Part shown: piece after piece, positions 31,204 through 40,454 of the stretch
Layout of the letters: every line of letters begins with the position of its first letter
Numbering within the stretch: position 1 is the stretch's first letter
NCBI GenBank assembly: GCA_039815375.1
Contig: JBCBZJ010000001.1
Span: forward strand, 359,386-423,385
DNA length: 64,000 bases
Direction of reading: 5' to 3'
Source: Verrucomicrobiota bacterium
Lineage (GTDB): Bacteria; Verrucomicrobiota; Verrucomicrobiia; Opitutales; Coraliomargaritaceae
Notes under the pieces: model-generated
Told to the model about the DNA's origin: nothing
The model's database searches: none
What the model saw: the letters and a program-made list of their open reading frames with translations, nothing else
Made by a program: the position numbers and the translations under genes

Positions 31204-31233
31204 AAAGCCCGTCCGCACTGGACGGGCTTTTTT
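31204..31233 (+). terminator. Intrinsic terminator after rpoC (probably bidirectional)
   Basis: aaagcccgtcc-gcact-ggacgggctttttt. Confidence 0.85.
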
Positions 31234-31255
31234 ATGAAATCTGCCTTTGGTTCGA

Positions 31256-31942
31256 CTAAAGACGACCAAGCTTCTGGTCGAGGTAGACACCGAACTGAGA
31301 AGAGAAGGCCGACAGGCATTCTTCGATTACTTTGCCCAGTAAATCCTTGTTGGTATTGTATTCTTCGAGTGTGTGAGACGAACGTGACTCAACGAAAAGT
31401 GGCCGTCCAAAAACCTTTTTTTCTGCTTTGCCCTTGAGTGCAACATCGGCGGAGATTCTGAATGCCAATTTTACTTCGTCGCCCACTTTCGATGCAATGG
31501 TCAGACCATAGTTGTTAACGTCCGCAGTGAATTTGTATTCACTTTCAGTTGTCAACTTCGGCCCGAAGAACGGGTCCTTTTCGATTGCTTGGATGATCGC
31601 TGCTTCGAGCCTTTGGGAAAAATCCTCCGGTATTGTCTGCTCAATCGTTTCAAAATATTGTTCGTTTGTTTCTTCGAAGGATTTTTGCTGACTGGCCATT
31701 ACACTGGCATCGATTGCAGAACCAACCAATGAGCCAATGAATCCACCTGCGGCTCCTCCAGCATTTGCAGTTCCCGGATTTTGACGGGCATTGGGCTCCT
31801 TATATGCGTCTTCACCTATGACTGGCGCAACCGTCCCAACGCTTGTGATCGAACTTTGTTCTTTTTCACTGAGAGTAGTCGAACAGCCGGCAAAACTTAG
31901 TGCGCTGGCGACAATGAGTCCGGTTATAGCGGATTTTTTCAT
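31256..31942 (-). CDS. Hypothetical lipoprotein
   Basis: MKKSAITGLIVASALSFAGC lipobox; glycine-zipper-like GGAAGGFIGSLVG. Confidence 0.7.
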   Translation of the reverse strand: MKKSAITGLIVASALSFAGCSTTLSEKEQSSITSVGTVAPVIGEDAYKEPNARQNPGTANAGGAAGGFIGSLVGSAIDASVMASQQKSFEETNEQYFETIEQTIPEDFSQRLEAAIIQAIEKDPFFGPKLTTESEYKFTADVNNYGLTIASKVGDEVKLAFRISADVALKGKAEKKVFGRPLFVESRSSHTLEEYNTNKDLLGKVIEECLSAFSSQFGVYLDQKLGRL

Positions 31943-32203
31943 ATTATAAATAAAAGTCAGGATGTTATGGAGTCTGCTCACTCAGCTGGATTTAAGCCAA
32001 ACCTAAGGAGTTGGATTGGTTTCATCTTTTCTCATGTGTAGTATCAGGACCTTTTCGACTATCGTTAAGTTTATGTTCTGCGTCCGGCTACAGACGTTTC
32101 TTGATAGGCTATACATCTGCTCGTTGTATCTGTGTCTCCACCGCAGGATAATGGCCGTCGTAATGGTCTCGGTTAGAAACAGCTTAGTTGTAGCGGCGTA
32201 TCT

Positions 32204-32240
32204 ATCTGCGTTAATCTGTGTCATCTGTGGATAAATAGCA
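32204..32240. repeat. Roughly 10-bp-periodic ATCTGYG repeat element
   Basis: atctgcgttaatctgtgtcatctgtggataaatagca; related copies at 33119-33144 and 33231-33259. Confidence 0.6.
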
Positions 32241-32303
32241 GCGTCGTTGCTGGTTTCAGTTTCTTGAAACATAATTCGACGGGGGACGTTTCAGGTGGTG
32301 GCT

Positions 32304-33059
32304 ATGAAAACATCCACCACAAAGATTCTTTCTCATGGCGGCATGATGGCTGCCTTGTTTTTCCTTTCCGCTTCGTTTGTTGATGCGAATATCCGTGAAC
32401 GTTCCGGTACCTTCCAGAATGCCCGTGGCAACAATGTGAACTGGAGCTCTTCAGCGGAACGTAGTCAGGGCTTCCGTAACGTCGAACGCACCGCCACTGG
32501 TGAGCGCGGTAACACTTGGAGCAGCAATCGCCAATCCCAATGGGACCGTGAGAACGGCACTGCCAGCCGTGGCTGGTCGCGGACTGGCCCCGATGGTCAT
32601 ACCACCAGCGCCAATGCCAGTGCACAGCGCACTGAGAATGGCGTCACTACCGACCGCACCCGCACTTTCCGTGATGGCACCACTGCCAGTTCCAGCGGCA
32701 GCGTGACGCGCAATGACGACGGTAGCCGCACCTACGAGAAAGAGGTGACGAATCGTCAGGGCGACACATCTACCGCGACTCGCACGGTCACCCAGACCGA
32801 GAACGGGCGTGAAGTCACTGGCAGCAGCACCGGCTTCAATGGAAATACCAAGGACTGGACCACTACCGTCGAGCGTGAGGACGGCACCAAGACCACTACG
32901 TCTGAAGTGACCAATGAAAACGGCGATAGCAAGAGCCGCGTCGAGACGGTCACTCGCAGTGAAGATAGTGTCACCCAAACCGTCACGCTGACCAACTATG
33001 CCGGTGATACCAGGACCATCGAGCGCAGCGTCAACCTCGATCCGACCGAAGCCAACTAG
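32304..33059 (+). CDS. Hypothetical secreted Thr/Ser/Arg-rich repetitive protein
   Basis: Signal-peptide-like N-terminus; repeated T-x-T..G beta-hairpin units; downstream terminator. Confidence 0.7.
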   Translation: MKTSTTKILSHGGMMAALFFLSASFVDANIRERSGTFQNARGNNVNWSSSAERSQGFRNVERTATGERGNTWSSNRQSQWDRENGTASRGWSRTGPDGHTTSANASAQRTENGVTTDRTRTFRDGTTASSSGSVTRNDDGSRTYEKEVTNRQGDTSTATRTVTQTENGREVTGSSTGFNGNTKDWTTTVEREDGTKTTTSEVTNENGDSKSRVETVTRSEDSVTQTVTLTNYAGDTRTIERSVNLDPTEAN

Positions 33060-33086
33060 ATCTTTTCATCTAACCAATCAGTAGGA

Positions 33087-33114
33087 AAGCCCGCTCACCC
33101 GAGCGGGCTTGTTT
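33087..33114 (+). terminator. Intrinsic terminator
   Basis: aagcccgctc-accc-gagcgggcttgttt. Confidence 0.7.
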
Positions 33115-33317
33115 GGTTATCTGCGTTATCAGTGTGCAACCGTGCCGCTAGCTTAAAAACATACTCCGGCTCGGCTTGGCGTCTCTATGCTTTTAAGTGA
33201 TTTAATTGGTGTTGTGCTGGTAACATATTCAATCCGTGTTATCTATGGATAAAATAGCATCGGAGTAGCATAGATTGCGATTGCGATGCCGATTACGATT
33301 TAGATTTTAGTGAACCC

Positions 33318-34172
33318 ATGAAATCTCCCCGAGTCTTTTCCTCTCTTCTTGCTGTCACGAGCTTCGCCATTGCTTTGCCGTTGACCCTTACTGCGTCCGA
33401 CAACGATACCTATACCATGCTTGAAACACCTGCTGATGTTAGCGCCGTCCCTGAAAATGCTGAAGTGACCGATTCCGGTCTTGCTTCCCGTGTCCTTAAG
33501 GTCGGCACAGGCACCGAACAGCCCGCTGCGGCCGATACCGTTACCGTGCACTACAGCGGCTGGACTCTGGACGGCAATATGTTCGACAGCTCCGTGCGTC
33601 GGGGCAGTCCTACCAGCTTCCCGCTCAATCGCGTCATTTCCGGTTGGACGGAAGGCCTCCAGCTGATGGTCGTGGGTGAGACCCGTCGTTTCTGGATCCC
33701 TGCTGACCTTGCCTATGGTGAAAACCCTGGCGGTGGCCGCCCGGGTGGTATGCTGGTTTTTGATGTCGAGCTCCTCGAGATCGAGAAGGCTCCCGAGCCG
33801 CCCAAGGTTCCCGAAGATGTTGCCGCAGCACCGGACAGCGCCGAGTATACGAAGAGCGGACTTGCCTCGCGTGTTCTCAAAGAGGGCACGGGTGAGAAAA
33901 AGCCTTCTAAGTTTGATACTGTGACCGTGCACTACAGCGGCTGGACGACTGACGGCCGTATGTTTGACAGCTCCGTCATGCGTGGTCAGCCCACCAGCTT
34001 CCCGCTCAATCGTGTCATATCTGGTTGGACCGAGGGTCTCCAGCTTATGGTGGAAGGGGAGAAGCGCCGCTTCTGGATTCCTGCTGATCTAGCCTATGGT
34101 AACAACCCGGGCGGTGGACGCCCCGGCGGTATGCTCGTCTTTGACGTCGAGCTCATCAAGATCGGACGTTAA
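33318..34172 (+). CDS. FKBP-type peptidyl-prolyl isomerase with two tandem FKBP domains
   Basis: Two near-identical VTVHYSGW..G.MFDSS...VISGWTEGLQLM...IPADLAYG...LVFDVEL units; signal peptide. Confidence 0.93.
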   Translation: MKSPRVFSSLLAVTSFAIALPLTLTASDNDTYTMLETPADVSAVPENAEVTDSGLASRVLKVGTGTEQPAAADTVTVHYSGWTLDGNMFDSSVRRGSPTSFPLNRVISGWTEGLQLMVVGETRRFWIPADLAYGENPGGGRPGGMLVFDVELLEIEKAPEPPKVPEDVAAAPDSAEYTKSGLASRVLKEGTGEKKPSKFDTVTVHYSGWTTDGRMFDSSVMRGQPTSFPLNRVISGWTEGLQLMVEGEKRRFWIPADLAYGNNPGGGRPGGMLVFDVELIKIGR

Positions 34173-34179
34173 GGCTCTC

Positions 34180-34752
34180 TCAGTCATCCAGCTTCTTGTC
34201 TTCGTGCAGATCTTTTGCGATCCGTTCGATTCGAGTTACGATATCTTCAGTTGAAGCACCTTCGGGAAATGGCTCTCCTGCACTGAGTGCGCTTGCCATT
34301 CTGTCAATCTTCTCCGGGAGGAGTTGCTTTTTCTTACGCAGCTTCTCCAGGTCCTCCGTTTCCCAATATTCGCCTTCGTCGTGAACCTCCAGATCACTGA
34401 TGTAGTGCTTTTTTAAATAGCGCAGTAAACCTACGATCCAGATATGTGTTTCGATAGAGGCAAACTGTATCTTCGAAGCAGAGTAGAACGAATGTTGGTT
34501 TGGTTCCACACGATCATCCCATAGATCCATCAAGTTTCGCAGACGCCCCCCTCGGCCGAAGAGAAAGCGAAGCGGTTCGCAGTTGCCCGCCGGGTTGACC
34601 AGTACTCCCCGGAAGTTTGGATCTGTCTCTTCCATATTGATCGGCTGCGCCAGCCAGCCCATCGAGTTTGCGATGTCCGTCAGCTCCTCGACGAACTGGG
34701 GGATGTCCTCAACGTGGTCAATCGCCCCGGAGAAATGAATAGTCAGTCCCAT
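34180..34752 (-). CDS. Hypothetical protein
   Basis: 190-aa ORF with globular composition filling the gap between genes (MGLTIHFSG...V.DEGEYWET). Confidence 0.65.
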   Translation of the reverse strand: MGLTIHFSGAIDHVEDIPQFVEELTDIANSMGWLAQPINMEETDPNFRGVLVNPAGNCEPLRFLFGRGGRLRNLMDLWDDRVEPNQHSFYSASKIQFASIETHIWIVGLLRYLKKHYISDLEVHDEGEYWETEDLEKLRKKKQLLPEKIDRMASALSAGEPFPEGASTEDIVTRIERIAKDLHEDKKLDD

Positions 34753-35004
34753 AACTTCTTTTGCTGTAAGCCTTTCACTATTTGCAAACAGTTGCAGGTA
34801 TAAAAACGTTTTAACCTGGATTATACGCTGGGGCGAGCAATGTGCTCGTCAACTAGAAGGCCGAGGAGGTATTAACGTATGCTACTGCTGGCCTTACAGG
34901 CATCATAGAAGCAGATCGGTGCGTCATAATTTTGGCGGCAGAAATTCTTGCGCCTTGTATTGGCAAAAGCATTCAGTCTTATCAGGTTCAATGTCGATAC
35001 TACC

Positions 35005-38000
35005 ATGAAAGCACTTCTCCAATTGATGAAGCAGCGTAAGATCACCACTACGATCATCGGCCTCTTTATCTTCTATAACCTAGTCGGATTCCTGATTGTC
35101 CCTTGGTTGATGCGCTCCGTCATTCCCGGGCAAATTTCAGAGCGCTTTCTCAACGGTGAGATTCTCATCGAGCGGGCCGTGGTCAATCCCTACACTTTTG
35201 CCGGCAGGGTCGAGGTCGTCACGGTGAAAGACGCTGAAGGCATAACCGTTGCAGCGGTCGACCGGGCCGTCGCCAATTTCGATCCGCTTCGTTCGCTCTT
35301 CGGTTGGCGCTTTGCCTTTGCCGAGGTTGAGGTCAACGCACCGAGTGTGGATGCCACTTTGCTTGAGGATGCGTCACTTTCGCTGCTCAGCTTGCTCAAG
35401 CCTCGCGAAGCGAAAGAACCGGATCCTGAGGCTAGCCTATCGCTACCACTACTCGTAGTCGATGCCTTCACACTCGTCGACGGTCAACTCAGCCTAACCG
35501 ATGAATGGCTGGGCGATGGTTTTTCCGAAGAGGTCTTTAACATAAATGTCAGCGCGACGGGCTTCAGCACCGATCCCGAGTCGAACAACCTGATGACCGC
35601 TTCAGCGGAGACTGCCAACGGCGCGAAGATGCGCTGGGATGGCGCTATTCAATTCGATCCGCTCAGCTCCACCGGCACGGTCCACATGGAGGACTTCCGC
35701 TCGGATGCCTATGAGCCCTACTACCGCAAGCTTTTTGCTGCCGACCTTTCCACCGAAGGCCTCAACGTTTCCATGGACTACGTGCTCGCACCCGCCGATG
35801 AAGAGCCAAAGATCCGAATTTCTGATACCCGTATTGAACAGGCCGAAGTCGCACTAAAGGAGCCGGATGGCGGTCGCACCCTGATGAGCGCGCAGCGTAT
35901 TGTGATGGATGGGATCGCGGTCGATTTCATCGTGGGCACTGCATCGATGAGTCGCCTTGTCGTGGACGGGGAGACTTTCTTTGCGGCTCGTTATAAGGAC
36001 AACGAGATCAACCTGTTAAAACACCTACTTCCGAAAGGCTTTGAGTCCGGGGACTTTCAACCGGGGCAGGATAAGGAGCCAGTGCCCGAAGCTCCTGAGC
36101 CAGTGCCGCCGGAGGAGTTAATCGCAGATCAGCAAAAGGATATTCTCTACGCCATTCAGCGTGCGGTCGCCTATCTGCAGTCTATCATCGAGCTGGCCTG
36201 GCAGGTCGATATGGACTACCTTGAGATCAAGAACCGCGAGATTGAGCTTCGCGACGAGAACCTCGTCACGCCTGCCTTATTGGTGATCGAGTCCTTCGAC
36301 CTGCTGGTCACCGAGCTGAGTAACCGAGAGGGTGAAGATGCGCAGATCGAACTTTCCCTCAATGTTCGAGGCGGAGGACGGATCGAGGTCTCCGGCACGG
36401 TCACTCCCTTTCCCACTACGATGCAGTTGAATTACAAGATCGAAGAGATCGACCTTAGCGTGATCAGCCCTTACCTGCAAACTCTCAACCAGTCTAAGCT
36501 ACAGTCCGGACGGTTTCACACTGAGGGAGAGCTCTTCGTTGACTTTAGCAAGTTCATTGAGATGCGCGAGCTCCCCGAACTCCAGATCAAGGGGAGCTTC
36601 GGCATAGATACCTTCGCGCTCCTGCAGACTACCGGCGAGTCCAGCCAGACCATCTTGAGTTGGGAGTCGCTCGAAGTTCGCAACTATTTAGCCACGACCG
36701 AGCCGGAGCACAAACTGCAGCTTGAGGAAGTGATGCTCACTTCCCCTTACGCCTACGTCGAAGTCCTCAAGGATGGCACACTCTCCTGGCAACAGCTCAT
36801 CCCTGAAGCTCTCGCTGGCGAGGTGCCGCGCGATGAATCAATCGACAGGGCCCAGCCCGGAGCCGCGACGCCTGAACAACCACTCTATGCTATGGAGATC
36901 CGTCTGCCCGTCGCAGTCGATGTAGCCACTGTCACCGTTGAGAACGGTAGCTTTGAGTTGAAGGACCAGTTCTATGGCCCCGGCTTTCAAACCAAGTGGG
37001 AGGGCCTCAGCGTTCGTATTCATCCACTCACCACGCAGGGCGAAACACCAATTCAGATTGAAGCCAGCGGACGCCAGGCCAATGGCTCCCAATTCACTTC
37101 CACCATCGCATTGACCAATCCACTGCTGGTGGAGCGCCAGATCGAAACAACCTTCGCGACCGACGTTCTTGCGACACCGTTCTCGCCTTATTCAGCCCAG
37201 GTTGTTGGCTTTCTGGTGGAAGAGGGGCGTGTCGCCGTCGATGCAGACTTCAGTCTCTCGCAGGATACCGTCAATGCACGCGTAAAGATCGATATGGATC
37301 AATTTACCCTGGGCGACAAAGCCGAGGTCGACGAGGTCATGCTCAAGCTCCCGGTTAAGCTCGCTATCTCTCTTATGAAAGACCGTGAAGGGAAGATTGA
37401 TCTGCCCGAGGTCAAAGTCGATGGTAGCCTCAAAGACCCCGACTTCAATGTAGCAGAAGTCGTCGTCGGGGTCCTGGTCAACATCATCACCAATGCCGCG
37501 ACCAAACCTTTCGCCTTTATTGCCGGTGCCTTTGGCGGCGATGCGGAAGATCTCGAACGCGTCACTTTCAAGCCGGGCAGCGCGGTCTTTCCTGCAACGC
37601 AGACCCAGAAACTCGAAGTCCTGGCCGAGGCGCTCTTCAAACGGCCCAACCTCAGTCTCCTGATTGAAGGTTACACCGATCCGGCCGCCGAAACTCCCGC
37701 AGTCAAAAGATCCCTCCTTGCTGCCGAGCTCCAGCAGTTCAAGGGCATCCCGCCTAGTGACGCAGTCAGGATTCTCTACCACGACCGCCTCCCTGAAGCC
37801 TTCGCCCAATATCAAACCGAAGCAAAGGCCGCCGCCGCGGCTGCTCAACCGGAACCTGTCGACGCTCCCAATGATCCCGAAGTTGAAGAGCAAGTCGACG
37901 ATAGCACGCCGTCCAAGGCACCACTCTGGCGCGTTGATCGCCACGTTATCGGCTTCTTGGGCCGCGAACAAGCTGACGTAGCAGTTCCCCCAGTAGCCTC

Positions 38001-38319
38001 GGACTCTGCACCGACCGAGCCGACTGAAACCTCCTCCGTCGCACCCGCTCCAGCCGAGCCCTCGCCTTGGGCGACTCATATTGCCCTCACCGACACGTCG
38101 TTCTTCTTCCCTCAGGCTGCCGCTATGGAGGCTGCACTGATGGAGACCATTGAAGTCCCCGAGACTTTCTGGCCTGAGCTTGCCGCCTCCCGCAGCGCCA
38201 GCGTGCAAGAAGCTTTACTTGTTGTCCGCGAGCTTGCTGCCGAGCGTGTCAGCATTGCACTGCCCGAGCCGTCTGAAGAAGTCCCGGCCATGATCGGAGT
38301 TCGATTCCAGCTTCAATGA
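35005..38319 (+). CDS. DUF748 (AsmA-like) domain protein
   Basis: N-terminal TM YNLVGFLIVP, NPYT, PFSPYS, LPVKLAISLMKDREGKIDL, TKPFAFIA; OmpA-like tail. Confidence 0.8.
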   Translation: MKALLQLMKQRKITTTIIGLFIFYNLVGFLIVPWLMRSVIPGQISERFLNGEILIERAVVNPYTFAGRVEVVTVKDAEGITVAAVDRAVANFDPLRSLFGWRFAFAEVEVNAPSVDATLLEDASLSLLSLLKPREAKEPDPEASLSLPLLVVDAFTLVDGQLSLTDEWLGDGFSEEVFNINVSATGFSTDPESNNLMTASAETANGAKMRWDGAIQFDPLSSTGTVHMEDFRSDAYEPYYRKLFAADLSTEGLNVSMDYVLAPADEEPKIRISDTRIEQAEVALKEPDGGRTLMSAQRIVMDGIAVDFIVGTASMSRLVVDGETFFAARYKDNEINLLKHLLPKGFESGDFQPGQDKEPVPEAPEPVPPEELIADQQKDILYAIQRAVAYLQSIIELAWQVDMDYLEIKNREIELRDENLVTPALLVIESFDLLVTELSNREGEDAQIELSLNVRGGGRIEVSGTVTPFPTTMQLNYKIEEIDLSVISPYLQTLNQSKLQSGRFHTEGELFVDFSKFIEMRELPELQIKGSFGIDTFALLQTTGESSQTILSWESLEVRNYLATTEPEHKLQLEEVMLTSPYAYVEVLKDGTLSWQQLIPEALAGEVPRDESIDRAQPGAATPEQPLYAMEIRLPVAVDVATVTVENGSFELKDQFYGPGFQTKWEGLSVRIHPLTTQGETPIQIEASGRQANGSQFTSTIALTNPLLVERQIETTFATDVLATPFSPYSAQVVGFLVEEGRVAVDADFSLSQDTVNARVKIDMDQFTLGDKAEVDEVMLKLPVKLAISLMKDREGKIDLPEVKVDGSLKDPDFNVAEVVVGVLVNIITNAATKPFAFIAGAFGGDAEDLERVTFKPGSAVFPATQTQKLEVLAEALFKRPNLSLLIEGYTDPAAETPAVKRSLLAAELQQFKGIPPSDAVRILYHDRLPEAFAQYQTEAKAAAAAAQPEPVDAPNDPEVEEQVDDSTPSKAPLWRVDRHVIGFLGREQADVAVPPVASDSAPTEPTETSSVAPAPAEPSPWATHIALTDTSFFFPQAAAMEAALMETIEVPETFWPELAASRSASVQEALLVVRELAAERVSIALPEPSEEVPAMIGVRFQLQ

Positions 38320-38411
38320 GTTTAACTCGATTTCAGATAACGTCGCTCGTCTCCGGGTAGGCCACAGTCTCGAGACCAGCTGCCATTCGCATTAAATTAT
38401 CTGGAGCCCAC

Positions 38412-38441
38412 AAAAAAGCCGCCCCGGTTTCCCGGGGCAGC
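38412..38441 (-). terminator. Intrinsic terminator of the YHS-DoxX operon
   Basis: aaaaaa-gccgccccgg...ccggggcagc, giving a U-tail on the minus strand. Confidence 0.7.
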
Positions 38442-38483
38442 TGCATTAACAACAACAATGAAAATTCTAGATTTCTCTTTCGC

Positions 38484-38885
38484 TTATGCGGTTTGCTTTG
38501 CAGCAGCGAAGAATTTTGGGATGAAAGGAATTTCGCTACGGCGAACATAGATCACGGCGAGTGACAGGGTCCATGCGATGATACCCATGATGCCGATCGT
38601 TCCATGTGGTCCGGTGAAACCCAGCTCAGTGATGTGAGCCATGAGCGCACCTGACATGAGTCCAAAAGAGAGGATCGCCCCGTAGATGACCGTGCGTGGG
38701 ACGAGGATGAGTGCGACGGCGATTAGCTCAAGAAGGCCGATCAACTTGTAGTGAACAGGGCCGAGTCCGAGCTCTGCGAACAGCGCTACAGTTTCCGGGC
38801 TATCCGAGAATTTGAAGAAAAGTGTTTGGCCGATAATGATGGCGACAGCAATTTGAGCGATCCAAACGAGGTTCTTTCTTTTCAT
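38484..38885 (-). CDS. DoxX-family membrane protein
   Basis: QTLFFKF, IGLLEL..LILVP, GALMAH; four TM segments. Confidence 0.8.
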   Translation of the reverse strand: MKRKNLVWIAQIAVAIIIGQTLFFKFSDSPETVALFAELGLGPVHYKLIGLLELIAVALILVPRTVIYGAILSFGLMSGALMAHITELGFTGPHGTIGIMGIIAWTLSLAVIYVRRSEIPFIPKFFAAAKQTA

Positions 38886-38947
38886 GATTTTTGTTCCTAA
38901 AGGTTTTTGAGTGGTGGATTTGTGGGGAGATCGCGTTCGGTTGAGCG

Positions 38948-39466
38948 TTATTTCGATGCGACGTTCGTAAATTGACCTTGCCAGTTTGTATTGGCTGTCG
39001 AGATGAGCTGGACTTCGGCCTGCTTTACAGACGTTTCGTTCCATAGCTTCAGAGTATCACCGAACAATCCCTTGTAGAAGACGTAGAGCTTACCTTCCAC
39101 GATTTTGTAGTTCTTCGGGTCCGGTTCGGTGCGGCCACCATCCTTATACATGGCCCAGGCGCACCATCCGCCATATTGAGGTTCGTAGCTGGCAGGCGAA
39201 GCTTTGAACTTTTCGAGATTCTCCTTGCTGGCGAATCGATACACGACGCCTTCGTGCGTATAGCTGATGCTCTTTTTGCCCTCTTGAGGGCCGTTTCCGA
39301 AGTAGGCGACCGGATCGTAGCCGCTGAGCGCAACAGACTTGCGGGAGAGGCTGTATTCCTCCGCACGTTCTTCTGCGGAGATTTGTATGACGGCTGCGGA
39401 AGCACCGGTGACGAAGGCCGAGCACGCGATAACCGCTGCGAAGAAGGTTTGTTTGATAAAAGTCAT
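38948..39466 (-). CDS. Secreted YHS-domain protein
   Basis: GYDPVAYF, YRFASKEN, PQYGGWCAWAM; signal peptide. Confidence 0.85.
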   Translation of the reverse strand: MTFIKQTFFAAVIACSAFVTGASAAVIQISAEERAEEYSLSRKSVALSGYDPVAYFGNGPQEGKKSISYTHEGVVYRFASKENLEKFKASPASYEPQYGGWCAWAMYKDGGRTEPDPKNYKIVEGKLYVFYKGLFGDTLKLWNETSVKQAEVQLISTANTNWQGQFTNVASK

Positions 39467-39712
39467 TCTATTCTTTGGTTTGGACGGTTCTTTAAGTGGT
39501 TGCGCTAGCTTTCGTATATACAGATCAGTATACTCAGCGGTTTATTTCAAAAAAATGAAATTTTTTTAAGATTTCTTTTCGAGGCCTCGGTCTGGCAGGA
39601 ATGGCTGCTGCCATCCTCTCGATCATTTTCACCGCTTGATCCGACGAGTGGAAGTTTGTGGCTCGACTATAGTCTTATTTGCACTTGAAGCCCTTCCTTG
39701 TTTCTATCCTGG

Positions 39713-40348
39713 ATGCTATCTTTTCGGCTTTTTAGTTTTCCCATTCATGTTCAGCCATGGTTCTGGCTGAGTCTTGGCCTAATTGGTGGTGGCCTCCGTG
39801 CTTCGGACGCTTACAGCATACTACTCGTCCTCATGTTTATCATCGCGGGCTTTATCTCCATCCTCGTGCACGAGCTCGGTCATGCATTCATGATTCGAAA
39901 GTTCGGCTATCCCACAGAGATTCATCTGTTCGCCTTTGGCGGCTCTGCGATCTGTCCTGCGGGGAAGCTTTCCCGTAAAGAGTCTTTCCTCGTTACAGTA
40001 GCAGGCCCGGCTATCCAGTTTGTTCTCGGTCTCGTCGCGCTCCTCTTTTTAAACCTTGCACCCATTCCTCCTGATTCGCTTATGCGTAATCTGCTCGGTT
40101 CTTTGATCTGGGTCAGCCTCATTTGGTCGATCCTCAATTGCCTGCCGATCTTTCCCATGGACGGTGGGCAAATGCTTGCTGCCATCCTGGGCCCTCAGCG
40201 TCAACGCACCACATATTTGGTCGGTATGATCACTGCGATCTTGATCGGTTTGGTCGGTTACCTTGTCTTACAGGCCTTCCTGCTCGCGATCTTCATGGCC
40301 TTCTTCGCCTATCAAAATTGGCAGCAATATGCGGCTGCTTCGAGATGA
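39713..40348 (+). CDS. Site-2 protease (M50 family)
   Basis: [19 protein letters not shown]. Confidence 0.88.
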   Translation: MLSFRLFSFPIHVQPWFWLSLGLIGGGLRASDAYSILLVLMFIIAGFISILVHELGHAFMIRKFGYPTEIHLFAFGGSAICPAGKLSRKESFLVTVAGPAIQFVLGLVALLFLNLAPIPPDSLMRNLLGSLIWVSLIWSILNCLPIFPMDGGQMLAAILGPQRQRTTYLVGMITAILIGLVGYLVLQAFLLAIFMAFFAYQNWQQYAAASR

Positions 40349-40454
40349 TTAGTCAGTGTGAAGATGCCAGCGAAAGCCCTCTCCGTCGCTGCTCGCCCAC
40401 TCATCATCCACCTCGTGTTTGCGTTTCCTTCAAAGCAGGTAGACTGCTTGCCCA

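Noticed and set aside
38948..39466. Possible selenoprotein (YHS family)
   Set aside because: The GGWCAW position is a Cys codon and there is no in-frame TGA.
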